This document shows positions 1 through 16,145 of a stretch of 64,000 nt of DNA, piece by piece. The translations under genes and the position numbers were made by a program. Source of the stretch: Macrostomum hystrix (taxonomy: Eukaryota > Animalia > Platyhelminthes); contig CATNEN010000041.1 of NCBI GenBank assembly GCA_950097015.1, positions 310,001-374,000 of the forward strand, given 5' to 3'. How positions within the stretch are numbered: the first letter of the stretch is position 1; each line of letters begins with the position of its first letter. The notes under the pieces were generated by a model. The model searched no databases. It worked only from the letters and a program-made list of their open reading frames with translations, and had not been told where the DNA came from.

Positions 1-191
1 TCACAGGAGAATCTCAGCAACTGGCTTCATTTGTAGCAGAGTGAATCTAGGAAATTTCGCGATTTGTCTGAGGTGGTTAGCCCTGGGTCCCTGTTTGAAA
101 TCAAAAGTGCACTAACGGAGCATCAGAGAGTACTATAAGATATTGCTGACTGAAACACCGCCTTACAGACTACAGCCTTACTAGACTGACC

Positions 192-1580
192 ATGGCGCTG
201 TTCCAAGATCCGGGCTCCGGGCGACCGTTGGATGGCATCAAATTCGAAATCGACAGCGACAGCGCCAGCGACGAGGACGACGATGTCCCGACGCCATGCC
301 AGACGCCGACTGGCGAAGAGGCAGCAGCTGAACGTCGGCGAGGCCTTCTTAGCCGCATCGCCTTCCTGGAGGCCGAGGCAGAGAAGCTCATGGAGCACAG
401 CCGCGGCTGCCTTGGCCACGCCGCCGAGATGCAGTCTCTGCTGGCCAGGCTGGACGACCAGAAGGCCGCCCTGCAGCGACTGCTCGGCACCGAGAACGCT
501 GGTCCAGAGCTCGATCCCTGGGACGAGCCGTGCGATTTGACGGAGCACACGGCGCGCACCTACCTGCTGTGGCTGCGGCGACTTTTGCATGATCTGTCCC
601 AGGCGGTGGACCAGTCCGCCAGCGGCAGCGCCACCGCCGCCCCATCCTCCTCCGGCGGGTCGCGGCTGAGCGGCCGGCGTCGTCGAGACGCGCCCAATCG
701 AATTTTTCCGAACCTCGAGGCGCTTGACATCGCTGCCGTCGCGAACGACGCTGGCGACGTGTTTTACCGGCCCAGTGAGGAGGGCGACCTAAGAGACTTC
801 GCACCGGTCGAGCCCGGCTGGGAGCCGCTGCCACGCCAGACTCTGTACTGCGTGGTCGGCGACGGCCGTCAGGTAGCCGTCGTCGCGCTCGGCGGCGAGA
901 TTCTGGCGCGGGCGCGACTGACGGGCGGAAGCGAAGCGGACCAGGCGGCCGATAAGGACGCCGGCGTTGGACGCAACCTGGAACGCATTAACTACCTCCG
1001 CTGCTCTGGGCGCCTGCTGTTCTCGGACTACCAGAGCCTCTACATCTGCGACCGCTGCTGCCGCGTAATGCGCAGCCTTCACGGCTTCAGCTGGATGGTC
1101 GGGCACTGCATCGACGAGCCAGCTGACCGGCTGTATATTGTCGACCGCGTCAACGAGTTTGTCTCCGTGTACGGCCTGGCCAGCCTGGAAGAGCGCGGCC
1201 GCCTCGCCCACCGGGACTTTACCGACGGCATCAGCTCGGTGTGCACCCTGGCGCAGACTCTGTTCGTCTCCGACCGCGGTGCCAACGCCATCTTTGCGTT
1301 CAGTGTGGACTCACTCGAACTGGCCTTCCGGGTGCCGCTGCGCAACCCGCTGTTCGTCACTACGGACTGGTCCGCCTGCCTGTACGTGACCGTGGGCGGC
1401 AGGGACAACACCGTCCGGATCCTTGACACTCAGGGTCAGCTGCGCCGGTCACTCTCCGGCGGTCGCGGCTCGCAGCCTGGACAGTTCGGCTCGCCAGGTG
1501 GCCTCACCGTCTCCCTGGACGGCGCCGAGCTATTCGTGTGCGACCTGGACAACCGGCGCGTCCAGGTGTTTCGCCTGTGA
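192..1580 (+). CDS. Coiled-coil + NHL-repeat (beta-propeller) protein, TRIM-NHL-like but without RING/B-box; intronless
   Basis: 462-aa ORF with Kozak context ACCATGG and GC3-rich codons. Heptad-like helix (LLSRIAFLEAEAEKL...LDDQKAALQRLL) followed by NHL-type blades, ending in a textbook NHL repeat GSQPGQFGSPGGLTVSLDGAELFVCDLDNRRVQVF. Confidence 0.8.
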   Translation: MALFQDPGSGRPLDGIKFEIDSDSASDEDDDVPTPCQTPTGEEAAAERRRGLLSRIAFLEAEAEKLMEHSRGCLGHAAEMQSLLARLDDQKAALQRLLGTENAGPELDPWDEPCDLTEHTARTYLLWLRRLLHDLSQAVDQSASGSATAAPSSSGGSRLSGRRRRDAPNRIFPNLEALDIAAVANDAGDVFYRPSEEGDLRDFAPVEPGWEPLPRQTLYCVVGDGRQVAVVALGGEILARARLTGGSEADQAADKDAGVGRNLERINYLRCSGRLLFSDYQSLYICDRCCRVMRSLHGFSWMVGHCIDEPADRLYIVDRVNEFVSVYGLASLEERGRLAHRDFTDGISSVCTLAQTLFVSDRGANAIFAFSVDSLELAFRVPLRNPLFVTTDWSACLYVTVGGRDNTVRILDTQGQLRRSLSGGRGSQPGQFGSPGGLTVSLDGAELFVCDLDNRRVQVFRL

Positions 1581-2084
1581 GCGCGCTCGTGTGCGTCAGA
1601 GTTTGTCTTCGCTGCTGACAGCGCCCATCGCCATCGTCCCGAATCTCTCCGTCACGGAGCGCGCAAGACGAAAGAAATTCACCCAGAGAGTTTCGCGAAC
1701 CTCACTGTCTTAGGACAAAATCCCATGCTGTCTGGACCTAATATTTTTTGAACATTCACATCCAGGATGCCGCCACCGAAGCTCCCCAGAGTTCCACCTC
1801 GTTAGCGAGCTCCGCGTCGTCAGGCGATCCGTCTGTTGGCGAATTTTTAATCCTTCGCTGTTTTCTAATGCACTCACTTTGCCATGCTTATGCGCGTCTA
1901 GCCCGATTTTCTACGCTATCCGCCACGGTTCGGACTCATGAGCTGCTTTTTTGAAGAGATCTCATAATGGTAACCTACGATTCACTCAGCTTTTGCAAAA
2001 TGTCAGGCTGGATAAAATCTAAATTCCGGAGAATCAGCTCTATGAATTAATGTTGTTTGAATTCTTCAACTCGAGATTTTGTAG

Positions 2085-4040
2085 CTTAGGATCCTTGGAA
2101 TTCCATAACTTGGGATTCTTGGAATTCCATAACTTGGGATTCTTGGAATTACATAACTTGGGATCCTTGGAATTACATAACTTGGGATTCTTGGAATTCC
2201 ATAACTTGGGATTCTTGGAATTCCATAACTTGGGATTCTTGGAACTCCATAACTTGGGATTCTTGGAACTCCATAACTTGGGATTCTTGGAATTCCATAA
2301 CTTGGGATTCTTGGAATTACATAACTTGGGATTCTTGGAACTCCATAACTTGGGATTCTTGGAATTACATAACTTGGGATTCTTGGAACTCCATAACTTG
2401 GGATTCTTGGAATTCCATAACTTAGGATCCTTGGAATTCCATAACTTGGGATTCTTGGAATTACATAACTTGGGATTCTTGGAACTCCATAACTTGGGAT
2501 TCTTGGAATTACATAACTTGGGATTCTTGGAACTCCATAACTTGGGATTCTTGGAATTCCATAACTTAGGATCCTTGGAATTCCATAACTTGGGATTCTT
2601 GGAATTACATAACTTGGGATTCTTGGAATTCCATAACTTAGGATCCTTGGAATTCCATAACTTGGGATTCTTGGAATTACATAACTTGGGATTCTTGGAA
2701 CTCCATAACTTGGGATTCTTGGAATTACATAACTTGGGATTCTTGGAACTCCATAACTTGGGATTCTTGGAATTCCATAACTTGGGATTCTTGGAATTAC
2801 ATAACTTGGGATTCTTGGAATTACATAACTTGGGATTCTTGGAACTCCATAACTTGGGATTCTTGGAACTCCATAACTTGGGATTCTTGGAATTCCATAA
2901 CTTGGGATTCTTGGAATTACATAACTTGGGATTCTTGGAATTCAATAACTTGGGATTCTTGGAACTCCATAACTTGGGATTCTTGGAATTCCATAACTTG
3001 GGATTCTTGGAATTCAATAACTTGGGATTCTTGGAACTCCATAACTTGGGATTCTTGGAACTCCATAACTTGGGATTCTTGGAATTCAATAACTTGGGAT
3101 TCTTGGAACTCCATAACTTGGGATTCTTGGAATTCCATAACTTGGGATTCTTGGAACTCCATAACTTGGGATTCTTGGAATTACATAACTTGGGATTCTT
3201 GGAACTCCATAACTTGGGATTCTTGGAATTCCATAACTTGGGATTCTTGGAACTCCATAACTTGGGATTCTTGGAACTCCATAACTTGGGATTCTTGGAA
3301 TTACATAACTTGGGATTCTTGGAATTCCATAACTTGGGATTCTTGGAATTCCATAACTTGGGATTCTTGGAATTTCATAACCTTGGGATTTTGACCGTTA
3401 AAATTCCACGGGATTCTTGGAATTTCATAACCTTGGGATTTTGACCGTTAAAATTCCACGGGATTCTTAGAATTCCATGACTTGGGATTCTTGGAACTCC
3501 ATAACTTGGGATTCTTGGAATTCCATAACTTGGGATTCTTGGAATTACATAACTTGGGATTCTTGGAATTCCATAACTTGGGATTCTTGGAATTTCATAA
3601 CCTTGGGATTTTGACCGTTAAAATTCCACGGGATTCTTGGAATTTCATGACTTGGGATTCTTGGAACTCCATAACTTGGGATTCTTGGAATTCCATAACT
3701 TGGGATTCTTGGAATTCCATAACTTGGGATTCTTGGAATTCCATAACTTGGGATTCTTGGAATTTCATAACCTTGGGATTTTGACCGTTAAAATTCCACG
3801 GGATTCTTGGAATTTCATAACCTTGGGATTTTGACCGTTAAAATTCCACGGGATTCTTAGAATTCCATGACTTGGGATTCTTGGAACTCCATAACTTGGG
3901 ATTCTTGGAATTCCATAACTTGGGATTCTTGGAATTACATAACTTGGGATTCTTGGAATTCCATAACTTGGGATTCTTGGAATTTCATAACCTTGGGATT
4001 TTGACCGTTAAAATTCCACGGGATTCTTAGAATTCCATGA
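2085..4040. repeat. 24-bp tandem satellite (TTGGAATTCCATAACTTGGGATTC) with interspersed 50-bp variant units
   Basis: Direct inspection. The 8-aa periodicity (LGFLEFHN) in the ORF track confirms 24 bp. 50-bp units (..TTGACCGTTAAAATTCCACG) start at 3361. Confidence 0.97.
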
Positions 4041-6167
4041 CTTGGGGTTTTGACTGTTAATATTCCATAAATATAGAGTTTGAAGCTTGGGATTACCCGA
4101 GCCGGGATTTTTTAGTTTAGGATTTTTCACGTCGAGCTATTATACGTAAGATTCCTAGAATCGGGATTTCGTTTTTTAATTATCTTAGCTTGCGATTTTG
4201 TAGCTCGGGATTTCCCAAATCGGGATCCTGCAGTTCATCCTTCGCCACAATGGGTTAGACTTCTCGGTTGCCTGTTAGATTTCAGCAATCCGTTACTGAT
4301 TTTACTGGCACCTGCTCGACAATCCCGGCAGCCTCGCAGCCGTAAGGGCTCGCCGCCGTGCCATCTACCTAGTATTAGGAATTGTAAATGCGTAGAGCCC
4401 TTATGAATATGTACAGATCACTATTGATTCACCAGCCAGTGCTTGGACCTATGCCTGTTGCTTTTGTTGCCATGTTGTAGCGCTAAAATACAGCGAGCGA
4501 GCCTTCTGGCAAGCATTGCGCCCGATTCCTTCTGTCTCCGTGCACTAATGAACACAGTATAGAGCGAGATATTCTGTAACAGGCTAAAATTCCACTATAC
4601 ACAGTTCTGAGACATTGCGCTTTGGTCATTTCTTTGGGATTTTGACCGTTAAAATTCCACGGGATTCTTGGAATTCCATAACTTGGGATTCTTGGAATTA
4701 CATAACTTGGGATTCTTGGAATTCAATAACTTGGGATTCTTGGAACTCCATAACTTGGGATTCTTGGAATTCCATAACTTGGGATTCTTGGAATTCAATA
4801 ACTTGGGATTCTTGGAACTCCATAACTTGGGATTCTTGGAACTCCATAACTTGGGATTCTTGGAATTCAATAACTTGGGATTCTTGGAACTCCATAACTT
4901 GGGATTCTTGGAATTCCATAACTTGGGATTCTTGGAATTCAATAACTTGGGATTCTTGGAACTCCATAACTTGGGATTCTTGGAACTCCATAACTTGGGA
5001 TTCTTGGAATTCAATAACTTGGGATTCTTGGAACTCCATAACTTGGGATTCTTGGAATTCCATAACTTGGGATTCTTGGAACTCCATAACTTGGGATTCT
5101 TGGAATTCCATAACTTGGGATTCTTGGAACTCCATAACTTGGGATTCTTGGAATTCCATAACTTGGGATTCTTGGAACTCCATAACTTGGGATTCTTGGA
5201 ACTCCATAACTTGGGATTCTTGGAATTACATAACTTGGGATTCTTGGAATTCCATAACTTGGGATTCTTGGAATTCCATAACTTGGGATTCTTGGAATTT
5301 CATAACCTTGGGATTTTGACCGTTAAAATTCCACGGGATTCTTGGAATTTCATAACCTTGGGATTTTGACCGTTAAAATTCCACGGGATTCTTAGAATTC
5401 CATGACTTGGGATTCTTGGAACTCCATAACTTGGGATTCTTGGAATTCCATAACTTGGGATTCTTGGAATTACATAACTTGGGATTCTTGGAATTCCATA
5501 ACTTGGGATTCTTGGAATTTCATAACCTTGGGATTTTGACCGTTAAAATTCCACGGGATTCTTAGAATTCCATGACTTGGGGTTTTGACTGTTAATATTC
5601 CATAAATATAGAGTTTGAAGCTTGGGATTACCCGAGCCGGGATTTTTTAGTTTAGGATTTTTCACGTCGAGCTATTATACGTAAGATTCCTAGAATCGGG
5701 ATTTCGTTTTTTAATTATCTTAGCTTGCGATTTTGTAGCTCGGGATTTCCCAAATCGGGATCCTGCAGTTCATCCTTCGCCACAATGGGTTAGACTTCTC
5801 GGTTGCCTGTTAGATTTCAGCAATCCGTTACTGATTTTACTGGCACCTGCTCGACAATCCCGGCAGCCTCGCAGCCGTAAGGGCTCGCCGCCGTGCCATC
5901 TACCTAGTATTAGGAATTGTAAATGCGTAGAGCCCTTATGAATATGTACAGATCACTATTGATTCACCAGCCAGTGCTTGGACCTATGCCTGTTGCTTTT
6001 GTTGCCATGTTGTAGCGCTAAAATACAGCGAGCGAGCCTTCTGGCAAGCATTGCGCCCGATTCCTTCTGTCTCCGTGCACTAATGAACACAGTATAGAGC
6101 GAGATATTCTGTAACAGGCTAAAATTCCACTATACACAGTTCTGAGACATTGCGCTTTGGTCATTTC
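4041..6167. repeat. Direct duplication of a ~590-bp unique spacer (4041-4632 = 5576-6167)
   Basis: Both copies run from CTTGGGGTTTTGACTG to GCTTTGGTCATTTC; constant offset 1535 bp. Confidence 0.92.
4633..5578. repeat. Second block of the same 24-bp satellite (part of a local duplication)
   Basis: Same units as 2085-4040. The 3' end of the block and the following unique sequence match the first copy at offset 1535. Confidence 0.95.
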
Positions 6168-6729
6168 AAGTCAGGGCTGTGTGTACTTTTGTAATACGTG
6201 TGGACTACTTCCATCTCAGAGTTTGAGTTCGTCTCGGTAATTCGCTTGAGGCTTCAAGTTGAAAACTTTGAGATTTTAAACGCTTAAAAGAAAGTTCTGA
6301 AGTTCTCACACAACGGGAGGCCGGGCATTGTTTCATTGTGATTGCGTGCACCCGCGAGCCAGGGCCGCTGCTGCTGTTTGCATTTAGGCGCCGAGCTTAT
6401 CAGCGAAGGCAAACCAGTCCATTCAGGTCGGCGTTGGTCGCGATTGCATATTCTTATTTTGCTCAGTTTCGGCGAAAATAACCTGACAGGTGGACGAGGC
6501 GAGCGGGCTGAATGTAGTTTTATTTTTAGAACCGCGCCACCTACTGACAGCTTGAGCCGGATTCGCTCTCCTTGCTGGAAGCTTCGCGGCATACTACTCA
6601 CAACCAGTTTGCAAGTAGTGTGGTAAGGTTTCTGTACTTTTTAGCTTTCCAAAGAACCTTAGAGTACACATGGAAAATATAAACCGCTTCAAATTTTATG
6701 TTGACTCACATTCTCCAACTCTTCTGCTG

Positions 6730-7050
6730 CTGACCCACTGACCATCTGACTGTATTGATGACACTGACCATCTGACTGTATTGATGACACTGACCATCTG
6801 ACTGTATTGATGACACTGACCATCTGACTGTATTGATGACCCACTGACCATCTGACTGTATTGATGACACTGACCATCTGACTGTATTGATGACACTGAC
6901 CATCTGACTGTATTGATGACACTGACCATCTGACTGTATTGATGACACTGACCATCTGACTGTATTGATGACGCACTGACCATCTGACTGTATTGATGAC
7001 ACTGACCATCTGACTGTATTGATGACGCACTGACCATCTGACTGTATTGA
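6730..7050. repeat. 26-bp minisatellite (CTGACCATCTGACTGTATTGATGACA)
   Basis: Direct inspection, ~12 copies. Confidence 0.95.
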
Positions 7051-7671
7051 TAATTTGAGATCAAGTGAGCTATGCATATTCACGAAAACGAAGGAAACAA
7101 AAGCATGTTTTCGCTGCAAAAGTTGGTTTATTTGATGTAAGGAAAAGTAGAGGGAGGGCTCTTTAGACAATTTCAAAGCCTAAATGAACTCCAGTGTTTT
7201 TCTTCAGAAGTGCTTAGCGAAAAGTGGTCTGCATCAGAGTGCACTTTGGGAAGGCAGGTTTTGGCCTAGTAGAGATTAGGAACCCAGAACACGATAAAAG
7301 CCAGCAGAAATAGCTAGTACTCACAGAGATTTGCATCGTCAAGTTTGCGCAATGAATAGAGATTGCAAGTGAAGTCAAAGCCACTGTGCTTCAAATACAG
7401 GGAGCGGGATTCGAGAAATGTGGCAAGGAGCGAGCGATAAATGACACAAATATCCCTTGTTGGGATTAAGGACAGGCGTAACAGGTGCGAATGTGAGTGA
7501 AGATTCAGCTTGCAGACTTCTGATCCGCAAAACTTTGACAATGGCGGCCGGCGACTGTGCTTTTATAGTAGGTAAAATGTGATCCACAAGAGTATCTTTC
7601 ATCCCAGCTGCCAGTGATTCCATCAGCCCCAGCTTAACATTGGCACCCGGCCTGCGGCATCGCCAAGCTGC

Positions 7672-13095
<5,424 letters not shown>

Positions 13096-13234
13096 CTGTG
13101 AATTCCGGAATTGACCGACGTGTGAGACACTTGTGGGATGGTCATGAGATAAAAATAATAAATACTTGTTTTACACCTGCCCCAATCGGGCCAGATGTGC
13201 AGCCGCAGCACAGTGGCGCATCTGAAGGCTGCGT

Positions 13235-13440
13235 ACGGCTGTTCAGTCCATGGACTGGGGGTGGACGCCACACCCATCCTCAGTTACCCCAGCTGATGCT
13301 GGCACCCATTTACCAGCTGGGTGAACTGAAGCAGTGCACAGTTAAGTGTCTTGCTAAAGGACACAAATTGTTCCAGTGGAGTCTGGAATCGAACTCCCGA
13401 CCTTCAAGTCGTGAACTCTAACCACTAGGCTACAATCTCT
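13235..13440 (-). mobile_element. tRNA-derived CORE-type SINE
   Basis: Minus strand has an A box (TAGCCTAGTGGTTAGA, 13417-13432) and a B box (GAGTTCGATTCC, 13385-13396), then GTGTCCTTTAGCAAGACACTTAAC...TCAGTTCACCCAGCTGGTAAATGG (13304-13366), which aligns by eye with the MIR/CORE domain consensus. 3' boundary approximate. Confidence 0.75.
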
Positions 13441-13449
13441 TTGAGCATA

Positions 13450-13933
13450 TCGTGAGATCCTCGTGACATGCTCGTGAGATGCTCCTGAGAGACCCTCGTG
13501 ACATGCTCGTGAGATGCTCCTGGGAGACTCGTGAGATGCTCCTGAGAGATGCTCCTGAGAGACTCGTGAGATGCTCCTGAGAGATGCTCCTGAGAGACTC
13601 GTGAGATGCTCCTGAGAGATGCTCCTGAGAGATGCTCCTGAGAGACTCGTGAGATGCTCCTGAGAGATGCTCCTGAGAGATGCTCCTGAGAGACTCGTGA
13701 GATGCTCCTGAGAGATGCTCCTGAGAGACTCATGAGATGCTCCTGAGAGACTCGTGAGATGCTCCTGAGAGACTCGTGAGATGCTCCTGAGAGACTCGTG
13801 AGATGCTCCTGAGAGACTCGTGAGATGCTCCTGAGAGACTCGTGAGATGCTCCTGAGAGACTCGTGAGATGCTCCTGAGAGACTCGTGAGATGCTCCTGA
13901 GAGACTCGTGAGATGCTCCTGAGAGACTCGTGA
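13450..13933. repeat. 22-bp/14-bp compound minisatellite (CTCGTGAGATGCTCCTGAGAGA)
   Basis: Direct inspection. Confidence 0.95.
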
Positions 13934-14744
13934 GAAAATTGACGATATTCCACCTACAGATTTATTGCATTTTCCGGAGACCGCTCTTGGAATTATTTTC
14001 CCACTCGTTCGGAAAATAATTAGGGGATTTTCCAAGGAACAGCCAAGCTGCCAGCTAAACTCAGTGGTAAAGAGAATTTACCACAGCCTATAAATGTCTG
14101 ACAATCCAAGCAGCAGTTCTATTTTTCCTTATCCCAATTTTAATAATTGCCGAGTTTGGAATCGGCCCATATTGCTGGGTTCTATCTCAGGTGGGATGCA
14201 GTGGACCCAGGCCATGATGAGGCAGAGTGAAAGCTGCGGCATTCAGCCGTTTATGAAATGGGGCTGCAGGGAGGCAAGTAGGCAGGCTGGAGAGCATGAG
14301 GGAATCTGTTATTTATGGATCGATTGAGGCGCAGTCTCGCACTAGTCCGGGGCACGGAGGCGAATTCCAGGGGCGGGACTGAGCAGGTTAATGGGGGGAT
14401 TAGTTGAGAATGGAATGCGCGTGTGAGGAGCAGCGAGATGCAGGACTGCACGACTGCACTTTTCTGGCTGCAGTATCAGAAGGCAAGATACCAGTGACGC
14501 CGCATAATGTGCGGTCTCCGCTACCTGTTGACGCTCCGGAACGAACGAAATGGCGGATGCCAGTGGTGACTCCAGGTCGCTGGCGAACTCAGGCAGACTG
14601 CCAGCTGCTTCGGGACTGGCAGCTTCCGCGTCCGCTGAGAACCTGCGGGTTCGTTGCAGCCAATAAAAGAGAATGTATAGGAGGCCTCAATATTCCTGCC
14701 AATAAGACAGGAGACTTCTACCAGACAGCCACTGAGGTGGAGAC

Positions 14745-14915
14745 GATTCTGCCAGCCAGCCGATCAGAGAGGTGGGGTGTAATTCTACCAGCCAACCAAT
14801 CATAGAGGTGGGGTGTAATTCTACCAGCCAACCAATCATAGAGGTGGGGTGTAATTCTACCAGCCAACCAATCATAAAGGTGAGATGTAATTCTACCAGC
14901 CAGCCGATCAGAGAG
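14745..14915. repeat. 36-bp minisatellite (AGAGGTGGGGTGTAATTCTACCAGCCAACCAATCAT), ~4-5 copies
   Basis: Direct inspection. Confidence 0.85.
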
Positions 14916-15526
14916 GTGGGGGCGATAATACTTCTGAAGGACCGTGGAGACATTCTAAGTGGAGAGACTTCCGTCAGCAAATCAGAGAATAGAGTGGTGA
15001 ATCTTACTACCCAAGAGCCAATAAGAGAGATTTGGTCCATGAGCCAATCAGAGAGGCAGTGACTCACACTTCTACGTGGATAGTCTGCCTCTCCTCGAAT
15101 CTGTAGCCGCTGATGAGGGAGACTCCGAACACGGGGCTCACAGTGTCGCTGACAGTCTCAGTGGCCACAGACTGAAACACAGTGAATGAAAGAGGAGCGG
15201 CGTAGTTCACAAGCTAATTGTTTTCTCCTCGACATTGGGAACTCAGTTAATGGGAGAATTTTCCCAGTCATCAAGGCCGAAAGCCGAGAGGCTGAGCCTG
15301 AGAAAGGGATATTTTCCTAGCGCATCCCTTATCTCTTACTACGCGCCCGTTGAGGACAAGAGCGGTTCTGAATTATTAATGCTGCCGTCGGGACCGCGGC
15401 AGGGGCAGCGAGGAGGTGGGGGTTGAAGAGCTGCGTGTAATCAAAGCCGCTGCGACCCCTTGGAAGTGCCCTTCTGAGAGGCTTCTTACAAGAGCGACAG
15501 AGACAGAGAGGAGAACAGAGGAACAG

Positions 15527-15583
15527 GCTGTGTGAGTGTGTGTGTGTGTGAGTGTGTGTGTGTGTGTGTGAGTGTGTCTGTGT
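15527..15583. repeat. (GT)n microsatellite, interrupted
   Basis: Direct inspection. Confidence 0.9.
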
Positions 15584-16145
15584 GCAGCCGGTCTCATCCC
15601 ACTGAGAGCAGCCACAGCTGGGGGTGGTGAGGAAGCGCGCATTCGAGCATCGGTGATGAAGCTGAAGCCGCAGATTGTGCTCGGAGCCCGCGAAATGAGT
15701 ACCGGCCAGCAGCCGGGGGACAAAAGGCCGGCCTCTGCAGGGCTGCAACGCCCGGCCGAGGGTGAAATTCTGAGCAGGTGAATGAAGTCCACCGCCCACC
15801 TTGTTCCCCCATTGTGAGCTCATCGCGTTGGTGCCATGCTTCATTTGCAGCATCTGCAGCAGCATTCATTGCTGCGAATTCGGAAGCCCTCGGTTCCTCC
15901 CCCAGTCCTCCCATGGGGGCAGAGCGGCAATGAGGGAGCAGCTTCGCCCAGCCTAGCGAGTCCGGGTCGGCTTGCAAGGCCCAGCAGGGGTGGCTGCACT
16001 CGAGAGGCCCTTGGCCACTGAACAGGTCCGCGGCCCGCCATCGATCCAGCCCCGATGACAGCTCCTGGAGCTGCTGATGCGGTGACCCGCCTGCCACCCA
16101 CCCAGTATTGACTGGCCAGCAAAATATATTTCAAGCAGGTCAAGC

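Noticed and set aside
2040-5369. Long repetitive ORFs (LGFLEFHN, SKNPKLW, MEFQESQV)
   Set aside because: Stop-free frames of a 24-bp satellite, open on both strands; no coding context.
13375-13440. A tRNA gene
   Set aside because: A/B boxes are present but there is no complete cloverleaf, and it runs into a CORE-like body; called a SINE instead.
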